A DNA stretch of 50,780 bases. It comes from Caldithrix abyssi. Lineage in GTDB: Bacteria > Calditrichota > Calditrichia > Calditrichales > Calditrichaceae. Shown here in pieces: positions 9,596 to 18,989 of the stretch. The notes under the pieces were generated by a model, which worked only from the letters and a program-made list of their open reading frames with translations, made no database searches and was not told the DNA's origin. The DNA lies in assembly GCA_011369465.1 (NCBI GenBank), contig DRQG01000140.1, forward strand, positions 1 through 50,780, given 5' to 3'. A program made the translations under genes and the position numbers. How positions within the stretch are numbered: the first letter of the stretch is position 1; each line of letters opens with the position of its first letter.

Positions 9596-10644
9596 AAGTA
9601 TTTGTCACCGGTGCAGGCGCCCTTTTAGGACAGGGCATTATCAAAAGCTTGTGCCTTGCCGAAACAAAATATACCATAATTGCGGCTGATCCGAATCCGC
9701 ATGCGGTTGGTCTGTATTGGGCCGATAAAGCCTATCTAATTCCGATGGCCGACAGCGAAGAGTATTTAGAGCGCATCTGGTCGATCCTTAAAGCGGAAAA
9801 ACCGGAAGTCATTCTCATCGGTACGGACGTTGAGCTGCTTATCTTTGCCGAAAATAAAGATTTTATAGAAAATAATACCGGATCCCATGTTATTGTAAGT
9901 CCGCCGCAGGTTATCCGCATCGCCGATGATAAATGGCTCACCTATAAATTTTTAAAAGAAAATGGTTTCCCATACCCGCAATCGGTATTGGCGGATGAAG
10001 CGGATCGCCTGGTCCAAAGCTGCGGTTTCCCGTTGATTGTTAAACCCCGCCGGGGAGCGCGATCTGCCGGTGTACGCACTGTTCGGAACGAACATGAACT
10101 ACGTGAGGCTCTGCAGGCCACATCGGAACCGATTATTCAGGAATGTGTAGCCGACGCCCATCACGAATATACCAGCGGTGTACTCACTCTGGGTACAGAA
10201 ATACGATCCGTCGTTACTATGCGACGCGATCTGCGGGACGGCAACACCTACCGCGCCTATGTTCTACCCGGATTTGAGGCCAATGATATGCTAGCCGAAA
10301 TTGCTAAAAGACTGCGTGGTTTTGGACCGCTCAATCTGCAATTCCGCATGGATGACGGTCAGCCCAAAGTGTTCGAAATAAACGCCCGCTTTTCCGGTAC
10401 AACCCCACTGCGGGCCTATGCCGGTTTTAATGAAGTGGATTTCATGATACGTTACGTTGTAAAGGGAGAAAGAATTCCTCCGCCCAAATTATCCCCGAAG
10501 ATACTGCTGCGTTATCTGGATGAAATCATAATAGAACCGGGTAGTTATGAACATCTGGTTTATAAAAAACAGGGCGAAAATCTCTCCTTCACGAAGCCGG
10601 GGCATCATTTATCCCGAGGCAATAATGACGATGAAAGAATTTAA
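9592..10644 (+). CDS. ATP-grasp domain protein, a carboxylate-amine ligase.
   Basis: Rossmann-like N-terminus MKVFVTGAGALLGQGII. Central ATP-grasp region PLIVKPRRGARSAGVR...EYTSGVL. C-terminal FEINARFSGT resembles the ATP-grasp catalytic loop. Start codon overlaps the upstream stop. Confidence 0.65.
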   Translation: MKVFVTGAGALLGQGIIKSLCLAETKYTIIAADPNPHAVGLYWADKAYLIPMADSEEYLERIWSILKAEKPEVILIGTDVELLIFAENKDFIENNTGSHVIVSPPQVIRIADDKWLTYKFLKENGFPYPQSVLADEADRLVQSCGFPLIVKPRRGARSAGVRTVRNEHELREALQATSEPIIQECVADAHHEYTSGVLTLGTEIRSVVTMRRDLRDGNTYRAYVLPGFEANDMLAEIAKRLRGFGPLNLQFRMDDGQPKVFEINARFSGTTPLRAYAGFNEVDFMIRYVVKGERIPPPKLSPKILLRYLDEIIIEPGSYEHLVYKKQGENLSFTKPGHHLSRGNNDDERI

Positions 10645-11749
10645 AATACCTCTCTCTCAACCGGATATTACCGATTTGGAACGCCGTTATGTAATGGAAG
10701 TGCTGCAAACACCCAACCTGAGTCTTGGCCCGAAACTACCGGAGTTCGAGAAAAAAGTGAGCGATTATGTGGGAACCCGATTTGCCGTTGCGGTGAACAG
10801 TGGCACCAGTGCCTTACATTGCTGTATTAAAAGTTTTGGGATCGGCCCGGGCGACGAAGTGATTACGTCGCCGTTCAGTTTTATTGCCACATCCAATGCC
10901 GCTCTGTTCGAAGGCGCGAAACCGGTTTTTGTCGATATCGATCCGGATACCTACAACATCGATTTCCGGCAAATTGAAGAAAAAATAACCGAACGCACCA
11001 AAGCCATTATTCCCGTTCATGTGTTTGGCCTTCCTGCGGAGATGGATGCTATAAACAAAATTGCTAAGAAATACAATCTTCGTGTCCTCGAAGACGCAGC
11101 AGAAGCTATTGGCGCAGAATACAAAAAGCGTAAGGCTGGCAGCCTGGGTGACTGTGCCGTATTTGCTTTTTATCCTAATAAACAGATAACCACCGGCGAA
11201 GGCGGCATAATTGTAACCGATAATGAATCTTTGGCTGCACTATGTCGCAGTTTGCGCAATCAGGGTCGTGGTGATACCTCCGGCTGGTTACAGCATCAAC
11301 GTCTCGGTTATAATTACCGCCTATCCGATATCAATTGTGCTCTGGGTATCGCCCAGATGGAACGTCTGTCCGAAATATTGGACAAAAGAACGCGCGTAGC
11401 CCAATGGTATCTGGAACAATTACATGATGTGCCCGAATTAACCACCCAGCAAATCCCGGCCAATTGTAAAAAAAGTTGGTTTGTATTTGTGGTAGCCCTT
11501 TCGCCTTTATACAGTAAAAAAAGCCGTGATGAAATATTATCCCATTTAAGAAAGAAAGGTATCGCATGTAGTAATTACTTTAGTCCCATTCATCTGCAAC
11601 CCTTTATGGCCGCCCGGTTCGGTTATAAAGAAGGCGATTTTCCGGTAACGGAAAGTTTGTCCAAACGAACCATTGCCCTTCCATTCTTTGCCAATCTAAG
11701 CAAAGAAAACGTTCGATATGTTACAGACGTTTTGAAAAACAGTCTGTGA
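10625..11749 (+). CDS. DegT/DnrJ/EryC1/StrS-family PLP-dependent nucleotide-sugar aminotransferase (PglE/WbpE-like).
   Basis: FAFYPNKQITTGEGGII contains the PLP lysine in its characteristic context. GTSALH motif also present. Probable start MTMKEF at 10625; the ORF track lists an earlier Met at 10547, inside the previous gene. Confidence 0.88.
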   Translation: MTMKEFKIPLSQPDITDLERRYVMEVLQTPNLSLGPKLPEFEKKVSDYVGTRFAVAVNSGTSALHCCIKSFGIGPGDEVITSPFSFIATSNAALFEGAKPVFVDIDPDTYNIDFRQIEEKITERTKAIIPVHVFGLPAEMDAINKIAKKYNLRVLEDAAEAIGAEYKKRKAGSLGDCAVFAFYPNKQITTGEGGIIVTDNESLAALCRSLRNQGRGDTSGWLQHQRLGYNYRLSDINCALGIAQMERLSEILDKRTRVAQWYLEQLHDVPELTTQQIPANCKKSWFVFVVALSPLYSKKSRDEILSHLRKKGIACSNYFSPIHLQPFMAARFGYKEGDFPVTESLSKRTIALPFFANLSKENVRYVTDVLKNSL

Positions 11750-11814
11750 GAACTCTCCTTCTTAGCGCTTCTGTTTAATCATCATAAGTATTAAGTCCTG
11801 CCATTTTAACCTTT

Positions 11815-13746
11815 GTGAGGTGTGTTATGTCCAGAGTAAGTGTGTTTTTTGAGAATTCTCTGGAGAGAATTCAAAACAAATCCGTAATTATTTTTATTGA
11901 TTTTCAGCTCATCTTTCTCTCTTACATTATTTCTTTCTTCCTGCGCTTTGATTTTATTATTCCATCTCAATTTCTGAAAATGATGTTTTTTACCCTGCCT
12001 GTTGTGCTTGGTATTAAAATATTTACCTACATTTATTTCAATATCCACCGGATAATCTGGAAATTTACCGGTATCAGCGATCTGATTAAAATAATTAAAG
12101 TAAGCTCCTTCAATAATGCACTGTTTGCGCTTATTCTGTTCGCGCTAATCGGGTTTAAAGGATATCCGCGTTCCGTTATTCTTATTGACTGGTTTTTAAC
12201 TATTATGTTTCTCGGAGGCAGCCGTATAGCGTGTCGGCATTTGGCTACCCTTATTAAGGATTCAAATAACCACCGTAACCCCTCTACGACTAAAAAGTGT
12301 ATCATACTCGGTTCAGGTGAAGCAGCCGAAGGACTTATACGCGAGATGGTTTCGGGAAAGATTGATTATATTCCACTGGCCATCCTGGATGATGATCCTA
12401 AAAAGTGGGGCTTGTATTTGCATAATGTAAAGATATATGGTCCTATTAAAGACATCGGGGTACTGTTGGACAAATTTAGAATAGATGAAATCGTTATTGC
12501 CATACCCTCGGCGACACGAGCTCAAATGGCTCAAATTCTAAAGCATTGTAAACCTTGCATTGCTAAAAATATAAAATGCAAAACCGTACCCGGCATCAAC
12601 GAGATCTTATCCGGACTGCATTCCCTTACAAAACTGAGAGAAGTACGTCTGGAAGATCTGATGAATCGGGAACTGGTTATGATTAATCAGGTGGAATTGC
12701 GCAGAGAATTCGCCCATAAAACGGTTCTGGTTACCGGTGCGGCCGGTTCAATCGGTTCCGAGCTGGCCAGACAGATTTACTCCTATAATATTACCAAATT
12801 AATCCTACTCGATCGTAACGAAAACAATTTATTATATCTGGAAAAAGAACTCGAAACCCGATATCCGGAGATACGTTACGAGACCGTGGTTACGGATATT
12901 ACAGACAAAGCCATGGTTGAGAGGGTATTTAAACAATATCGTCCGCAATACATTTTTCATGCTGCGGCATACAAGCATGTACCATATATGGAAAAATTTC
13001 CGGCCGAAGCGGTTAAAAACAATGTGTACGGTACCTACGTATTAGCCGGTCTGGCGGAAAAACACCATGCGACAAAATTTGTCCTTATTTCTACGGATAA
13101 AGCGGTATGCCCAACCAGCGTCATGGGGTGTACGAAACGGGTTGCCGAAATGAGCTTATTACATTTCTTTAAAGATTCCGATACCAGTTTTATAATTGTT
13201 CGTTTTGGCAATGTATTGGGCAGCAATGGCAGTGTCATACCTCTTTTTAAACAACAGATTGAAAAAGGCGGTCCTCTTACTGTAACGCATCCGGAAATGA
13301 GGCGTTATTTTATGACCATCCCGGAAGCGGTAAGCCTGACCTTAAAAGCCGGTTCAATTGGCGAACATGGCGATATTATGATACTGGACATGGGTGAACA
13401 AATTCCGATAATTCAAATTGCCGAAAACCTTATTCGACTATCCGGATATACTCCTTACAAAGATATCCCCATACAGATAAGCGGTATACGGCCCGGCGAA
13501 AAATTGTATGAGGAGTTATGGTATAAAGATGAAAATCCCATTCCCACCAATCATCCCAAAATATTTAAAGCCACACAATTTTTTCATAAGAACGGCCTCG
13601 ATGTAGAAGCCTATAACACGGTCATTCAATACAGCCTTTCAGGAGAACAAAACGATAGAATATTAAAATTGCTACGGCATCTGGTGCCGGACTTTCGTAC
13701 GCCAAAAATCGGCAGAATAACTAAGAAAACCTATATTTACAATTAA
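11815..13746 (+). CDS. Membrane-anchored UDP-GlcNAc 4,6-dehydratase (PglF/CapD/WbpM family polysaccharide biosynthesis protein).
   Basis: Four N-terminal transmembrane helices. NAD-binding VLVTGAAGSIGSEL at about 12724-12765. Catalytic AAAYKHVPYME (YxxxK) at about 12961-12993. Confidence 0.88.
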   Translation: MRCVMSRVSVFFENSLERIQNKSVIIFIDFQLIFLSYIISFFLRFDFIIPSQFLKMMFFTLPVVLGIKIFTYIYFNIHRIIWKFTGISDLIKIIKVSSFNNALFALILFALIGFKGYPRSVILIDWFLTIMFLGGSRIACRHLATLIKDSNNHRNPSTTKKCIILGSGEAAEGLIREMVSGKIDYIPLAILDDDPKKWGLYLHNVKIYGPIKDIGVLLDKFRIDEIVIAIPSATRAQMAQILKHCKPCIAKNIKCKTVPGINEILSGLHSLTKLREVRLEDLMNRELVMINQVELRREFAHKTVLVTGAAGSIGSELARQIYSYNITKLILLDRNENNLLYLEKELETRYPEIRYETVVTDITDKAMVERVFKQYRPQYIFHAAAYKHVPYMEKFPAEAVKNNVYGTYVLAGLAEKHHATKFVLISTDKAVCPTSVMGCTKRVAEMSLLHFFKDSDTSFIIVRFGNVLGSNGSVIPLFKQQIEKGGPLTVTHPEMRRYFMTIPEAVSLTLKAGSIGEHGDIMILDMGEQIPIIQIAENLIRLSGYTPYKDIPIQISGIRPGEKLYEELWYKDENPIPTNHPKIFKATQFFHKNGLDVEAYNTVIQYSLSGEQNDRILKLLRHLVPDFRTPKIGRITKKTYIYN

Positions 13747-13908
13747 TCGTCTATTTTTCTTTAGCGTCAATTTAAGAGGGAAAAAATAGCTGAATTCTTT
13801 GTTTTTTAGATGGCTAACATCATTAATATAAATTCCTTCCTTTATTAGCTTTATCATCCTTCCGGCCTTCCTCTATAATAACAATGGAGAAAACGCTCCA
13901 AACACAGA

Positions 13909-15822
13909 GTGACTTTTTTAGCATTGTTATTTTATCTGAAATCCTCTAATTTACACCCCGTGAAAAAAACTACAATTCCAACCGCCAAAGATTCGGATGC
14001 CTGGCTGCCTATTACCGCCAAAGAGGTGAAACAACGCGGCTGGCAGCAGTTGGATGTTATCCTGTTTTCCGGTGACGCCTACATCGACCATCCGGCTTTC
14101 GGTCCGGCCGTGGTCGGACGGCTAATCGAAAGCACGGGCTTACGTGTGGCCATTGTGCCCCAGCCCAACTGGCGCGACGATTTAAGGGATTTTAAAAAGC
14201 TGGGCGCCCCGCGTTTATTTTTTGGCGTAACAGCCGGCAGTATGGATTCCATGGTCAATCATTACACCGCGCACCGTCGGCGGCGTTCGGACGATGCCTA
14301 TTCGCCGGGCGGTATGGCCGGTTTGCGGCCCGATTACGCCGTAACGGTGTACACCCGCATTCTGAAAAAGCTCTATCCCGATATTCCGGTGATTATCGGC
14401 GGTATCGAGGCTTCCCTGCGGCGGTTGACCCACTACGATTACTGGTCGGATCAATTAAAGCCGGGTATCCTGTTTGAAAGCGGTGCCGATTTGCTCATCT
14501 ATGGAATGGGCGAGCAGCCTTTGCGGGAAATCCTGCACCTGCTGGAAAAAGGCGTACCCCCGGCCAGCTTGAAAACCATTCCTCAAACAGCCGTTCTGCT
14601 TGCCGCTGACGAACCGCTGCCCAAGCAAAAAAAATGGGAAACATTGGAGCTGGCCTCTCATGAGACCTGCCTGCAGGATAAAATAGCCTTTGCCCGCAAT
14701 TTTAAATATATCGAAATCGAATCCAATAAAATGCAGGCCCGGCGGTTGGTACAGCGGATTGGCGAACAACAAATCGTTGTCAATCCTCCTTATCCCGTGA
14801 TGACTGAAAGGGAAATGGACGCTTCTTTTGATTTGCCTTATACCCGGCTGCCCCATCCCAAATATCGGAAAAAAGGCTCCATTCCGGCTTACGAAATGAT
14901 CCGCCATTCCATCACCATGCACCGTGGCTGTTTCGGCGGATGCAGTTTTTGCACTATTTCGGCTCATCAGGGTAAATTTGTGGCCAGCCGTTCGTCGGAA
15001 TCGATTATGCGTGAAGTGGAGGCGGTAACGCGCATGCCCGACTTCCGCGGTACTATCAGCGACCTTGGCGGGCCTTCGGCCAATATGTACCGTATGATGG
15101 GCAAGGATTTATCCATTTGTGCCCGCTGTCAAAGCGCTTCCTGCATCTTTCCGGTAAAATGCTATAACCTGAACACCGATCATCAACCAATGATTGATAT
15201 TTATCGTAAAGTAGCGGGACATCCCAAAGTTAAAAATGCTTTTGTTGCCAGCGGAATCCGTTACGATCTGCTGGTGGGACGCACGCCCGAAGAGGAAAAG
15301 GTAAATCATTACAACGAATATATCGATCAGTTGGTGCGCCATCATGTTTCCGGAAGGCTCAAAGTGGCGCCCGAACACTCAGCCGACAATACCTTGAAAA
15401 TTATGCGCAAACCGTCGTTTAAATTATTCTACAAATTTAAAGAAAAATATGACCGCGCCAACCGCCGCGCCGGTAAAGAGCAGCCGCTGGTGCCCTATTT
15501 TATTTCCAGTCATCCCGGATGTACTCTGGAAGACATGGCCGAACTGGCAGCCGAAACAAAATCGTTGGGTTTTCGCTTGCAGCAGGTGCAGGATTTTACC
15601 CCCACGCCCATGACGGTGGCCACGGTGATCTATTATGCAGGGTATCATCCTTACACTTTGAAACCGGTTTTTACGCCCCGCTCAGTGAAGGATAAACGGG
15701 ATCAGAAACGCTTTTTCTTCTGGTATAAACCGGAAAACAAACAATGGATTCGTTCCGTGTTGAATCGGCTTGGTCGCAAAGACTTAATCGATAAATTATT
15801 GTGGAACAAAAACAGGAGATAA
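13909..15822 (+). CDS. ygiQ: YgiQ-family (UPF0313) radical SAM protein.
   Basis: N-terminal WLPITAKEVKQRGWQQLDVILFSGDAYIDHPAFG aligns with the conserved YgiQ N-terminus. Radical-SAM CxxxCxxC present in HRGCFGGCSFCTIS at about 14923-14964. An in-frame GTG at 13960 is an alternative start. Confidence 0.85.
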   Translation: MTFLALLFYLKSSNLHPVKKTTIPTAKDSDAWLPITAKEVKQRGWQQLDVILFSGDAYIDHPAFGPAVVGRLIESTGLRVAIVPQPNWRDDLRDFKKLGAPRLFFGVTAGSMDSMVNHYTAHRRRRSDDAYSPGGMAGLRPDYAVTVYTRILKKLYPDIPVIIGGIEASLRRLTHYDYWSDQLKPGILFESGADLLIYGMGEQPLREILHLLEKGVPPASLKTIPQTAVLLAADEPLPKQKKWETLELASHETCLQDKIAFARNFKYIEIESNKMQARRLVQRIGEQQIVVNPPYPVMTEREMDASFDLPYTRLPHPKYRKKGSIPAYEMIRHSITMHRGCFGGCSFCTISAHQGKFVASRSSESIMREVEAVTRMPDFRGTISDLGGPSANMYRMMGKDLSICARCQSASCIFPVKCYNLNTDHQPMIDIYRKVAGHPKVKNAFVASGIRYDLLVGRTPEEEKVNHYNEYIDQLVRHHVSGRLKVAPEHSADNTLKIMRKPSFKLFYKFKEKYDRANRRAGKEQPLVPYFISSHPGCTLEDMAELAAETKSLGFRLQQVQDFTPTPMTVATVIYYAGYHPYTLKPVFTPRSVKDKRDQKRFFFWYKPENKQWIRSVLNRLGRKDLIDKLLWNKNRR

Positions 15823-15824
15823 AA

Positions 15825-16682
15825 ATGCGCCTCTCATTTATTTTTCCACTTATTTTCATTTGTATTTTACCTCTTATTGCCCAACCCGCAGATGAATACC
15901 AAAACGTAGCCGTCGGAGATACGGTACGCATTGTAACAAACGATGGCAGTGAATTTATCGGAAAAATTAAAGAAAAGAATGATCTCTATTTATATTTGGT
16001 AACCCTTTCGAATTTGGATATTAAAATCCCGGCGGAAAGCATCGAATCGATTGTGAAGGTTTCCGGCCAGATAAAATCCGGAGCCTATTGGCATGACGAC
16101 CCTAACAACACCCGTTTGTTTCTGGGTCCCACCGGAAGAACCCTAAAGAAAGGGCGCGGATATTTTTCCGCTTACGAAATCTTTTTTCCCACGTTCGGAT
16201 ATGGCATCAGCGATTATATCAGTTTAGCGGGAGGGGTAACTTTAATTCCGGGATCATCCACGCAAGTGGTCTATATAAATCCCCAATTTCGAATTTATAG
16301 AAGCGGTCAGTTTGCCGTGGCCGCCGGGGTAAATTTACTAACGACAACCGGATTTGATGACCTGGAGCCCCTGGTGAATCTGGCCGCTACTTACGGGGAT
16401 GAGAAATCGGCATTGACGGCTGCCATGGTGGTGCCCATATCAGACGGCGAAGAAATCAACGATCCCATATTTATGGTGGGGGGAGAGGTACGGGTATCCC
16501 AAAGTATTAAATTAATCAGTGAAAACTGGTTCAGCGTCCAGGGCGAAGATCCCGTTCTTTCCGCCGGGGTGCGTTTCTTCGGTAAAAGCCTGGCAGCAGA
16601 CCTGGGTTTCTTCTATTTAACGGGAGCGAGCATCAGCGGCTTTCCCTTCTTGCCCTGGATTGGTTTTGCTTATAACTTCTGA
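15825..16682 (+). CDS. Exported hypothetical protein, possibly an outer-membrane beta-barrel.
   Basis: Signal peptide MRLSFIFPLIFICILPLIAQ. Alternating hydrophobic beta-strand-like segments. C-terminal ...GFAYNF ends in an aromatic residue, the outer-membrane-protein signature. Start set at Met 15825, immediately after the ygiQ stop. The ORF track lists 15801. Confidence 0.5.
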   Translation: MRLSFIFPLIFICILPLIAQPADEYQNVAVGDTVRIVTNDGSEFIGKIKEKNDLYLYLVTLSNLDIKIPAESIESIVKVSGQIKSGAYWHDDPNNTRLFLGPTGRTLKKGRGYFSAYEIFFPTFGYGISDYISLAGGVTLIPGSSTQVVYINPQFRIYRSGQFAVAAGVNLLTTTGFDDLEPLVNLAATYGDEKSALTAAMVVPISDGEEINDPIFMVGGEVRVSQSIKLISENWFSVQGEDPVLSAGVRFFGKSLAADLGFFYLTGASISGFPFLPWIGFAYNF

Positions 16683-16692
16683 GAAACGGAAT

Positions 16693-16790
16693 GTTGAAAT
16701 ACCGGATTAGTGGAGTATTGGAGTGGTGGAGTTATGGGATTGAAAAAGCAACACTCCAGCACTTCAATACTCCGTCAACCCAAGCCATAG
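16693..16790 (+). repeat. Partial copy A of the intergenic repeat family (GGAGTGG module), forming a long imperfect hairpin.
   Basis: GGAGTATTGGAGTGGTGGAGTTATGGGATTG...ACTCCAGCACTTCAATACTCC forms an imperfect inverted repeat of about 21 bp. Its left arm resembles 27333-27362 in copy C. Confidence 0.55.
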
Positions 16791-16799
16791 GAGATCATT

Positions 16800-17789
16800 T
16801 TGCCTTACAATCCGGATGCTCATCGTTATGATATAATGCACTACCGTCGCTGCGGCCGGAGTGGTTTAAAACTGCCTGTTGTTTCCCTGGGACTTTGGCA
16901 TAATTTCGGACATGTGGATCATTTCGAAAACGCCCGAGCGATGATTTTCAAAGCCTTTGATCTGGGTATTACCCATTTTGATCTGGCCAATAACTACGGC
17001 CCGCCGCCCGGTTCAGCCGAGGAAAACTTTGGCCGCATTTTTCGGAATGATCTCAAACCCTTCCGGGATGAATTGGTTATCTCCACCAAAGCCGGCTGGC
17101 CCATGTGGCCCGGCCCGTACGGCGATTTCGGCTCGCGCAAATATCTGATTGCCAGCCTGGATCAAAGCCTGAAACGCATGGGACTGGACTACGTGGATAT
17201 TTTTTATCACCACCGCCCCGATCCCGAAACGCCTCTGCACGAAACGGCGCTGGCTCTGGATCATATCGTGCACAGCGGACGGGCGCTGTATGTGGGCGTA
17301 TCCAATTATAATCCGCGGCAGACTACGGATATGGCTAAAATTTTAAAGAAGTTAAACACACCTTTTATTATCCATCAACCGAAATATAATATGTTTTACA
17401 GAAACATCGAATCCGGTTTAACGGATGTTTTGAAACGTGAGGGCTTGGGTTGTATTGTTTTTTCGCCTCTGGCCCAGGGGCTGCTTACGGATAAATACCT
17501 TAACGGTATCCCGAACGACTCCCGCGCCGCCAATCCGCATGGATTCTTAAAAAGTGAACACATAACCGGGGAAGCGATAGAGAAAGTAAAAAAACTATCC
17601 CAAATCGCCAATGCGCGCGGGCAAAGCATGGCTCAAATGGCTGTGGCCTGGACGCTGCGCCTTCCGGAAATAACCTCAGCGCTTATCGGTGCCCACACGC
17701 CCGCCCAGATTGAAGAACTGATCGGCGCTCTTGAGCATTTGGATTTCGAGGAAAGAGAATTGCGGGAAATAGAGGCTATATTGGCCTGA
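16800..17789 (+). CDS. Aldo/keto reductase family oxidoreductase (YghZ/Tas-like, related to the Kv-beta subunit).
   Basis: Full-length match in pattern to the AKR TIM-barrel: GLWHNFG, DLANNYG, STKAGW, GVSNY, LAQGLLT. Confidence 0.85.
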   Translation: MPYNPDAHRYDIMHYRRCGRSGLKLPVVSLGLWHNFGHVDHFENARAMIFKAFDLGITHFDLANNYGPPPGSAEENFGRIFRNDLKPFRDELVISTKAGWPMWPGPYGDFGSRKYLIASLDQSLKRMGLDYVDIFYHHRPDPETPLHETALALDHIVHSGRALYVGVSNYNPRQTTDMAKILKKLNTPFIIHQPKYNMFYRNIESGLTDVLKREGLGCIVFSPLAQGLLTDKYLNGIPNDSRAANPHGFLKSEHITGEAIEKVKKLSQIANARGQSMAQMAVAWTLRLPEITSALIGAHTPAQIEELIGALEHLDFEERELREIEAILA

Positions 17790-18950
17790 GTTTTCCCGCA
17801 AATGAATTTATGGCTTAATGGCGCCTCGTACCTGACAGGACGAATTTTAATAATGATTGTTTAAACTCCAACGCGGGACGATGGGATGCCTTTAGCTTTA
17901 TGCAATAGAAAATAACCCCAATCTACGGATGCATACCAAAGAGTAAAAAATACCAGGCCGGTAATATGTTGATGGTTTTATTCCCTTTTTTGATCGTCTT
18001 CGATTCGTTCCACGTTATAATGTAGCCCGTCTTGCTTCCTGCAAATTCAAGGTATTTTATCAATCCCTGAATTTCCCTTTCAAATGTGGTTGGCTCGGAT
18101 AAGGTGTAACACACCTGCAGTGGAATTTTATCTTCCAGTAAAAAATCAATTTCCTGGGAATTGCGAAAATATTGGAGGGACTCTCCTTGAAAGGAAAGAT
18201 GAGTTGCTAAGGTATTTTCTAATTTTTTACTCATATTACGGGAAATTTAAAAGGTTTGCGAATAACTGTGATCGATAAAATACATTTTTCGCTCTTTTTC
18301 TCTGGATATTCTGATTCATGAAAGTATTCAAAATGTTATTATTTCGTTTCCTTAAGGGAACATATAAAAAGGCATGCATCTGACAAGAAGGAATTTGATT
18401 CAGCTTCAAACCGAGCTGTTGTTCAGGGTAATATTTTTTCGGCCGTAGTTTGAATTTTACATGTATTTTTTGGATATCGGTCAAAATTTTACAAGATTTT
18501 AACGATTTCGGAACAAAGGAGGTAAATGATTTAAATAAATCAGAAGACCCTTCGGCACAATTACCAACGGATCTTTTTTTACAAAATAATAACTTTTTGC
18601 CCGATTTTACGGCATCCCGTCCCCTTCGGGACGGTATTGGGGATGGGATCGGGTATTTGTTTTCCCACAAATGAATTTGTGGGCTAAAGGCACCTCGTCC
18701 CTGCCGGGACGAATCTAAATGCCAAATGTTCACAAAAACCATCGCGAAGCGATGGAATGCCTATAGCCCATATTTTCAAATATGGGTAAAATGGAATCCA
18801 CAAACAATAAATTTGTCCCGTAGGGACAATTGAAGAAATAGATGTTCTTGGTGTGTAAAATCATTGTGCCAACCGCAATCCGATTAATGCGGGACGGTAT
18901 TTTAGGGTTTGGGTTGGCGTTTGTTTTCCCCCAATAGAATTATGTCTGTT
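17790..18950. repeat. Cluster of at least three copies of a MITE/REP-like palindromic intergenic repeat.
   Basis: Shared core TTTGTTTTCCC(A/G/C)CAAATGAATTT(A/G)TGG...GGCRCCTCGTMCCTGMCRGGACGAAT at 17793-17850 and 18650-18716, with a partial copy at 18925-18955. Shared upstream arm CCGATT..GGGACGGTATT.GGG at 18602-18650 and 18880-18925. Multiple GTCCC-N4-GGGAC hairpins at 18618, 18697 and 18817. Confidence 0.65.
17923..18234 (-). pseudogene. Remnant of a DUF4143-containing AAA ATPase gene. Only the C-terminal roughly 100 codons remain.
   Basis: The translation (...EIDFLLEDKIP...TGYIITWNE...) resembles the C-terminal DUF4143 region of 'ATPase (AAA+ superfamily)' proteins. The upstream DNA is occupied by palindromic repeats rather than an AAA domain. 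Confidence 0.4.
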
Positions 18951-18989
18951 CCGTCTAAAATCCTTTGTTGTTCAGCCCCATGTTTCAAT

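Noticed and set aside
14455-14967. 170-aa antisense ORF within ygiQ. Similar antisense ORFs lie inside wzc (951-1394), pntA (32761-33237), the 5'-nucleotidase gene (35085-35621) and the fcl/gmd region (45763-46314).
   Set aside because: Each is fully embedded, on the opposite strand, in a gene with strong family-level motifs. None has motifs of its own.
18236-18742. 168-aa minus-strand ORF in the ORF track.
   Set aside because: It runs straight through three copies of the palindromic MITE-like repeats and has low-complexity, Arg/Lys-rich composition. It is most likely a spurious frame across repeats.
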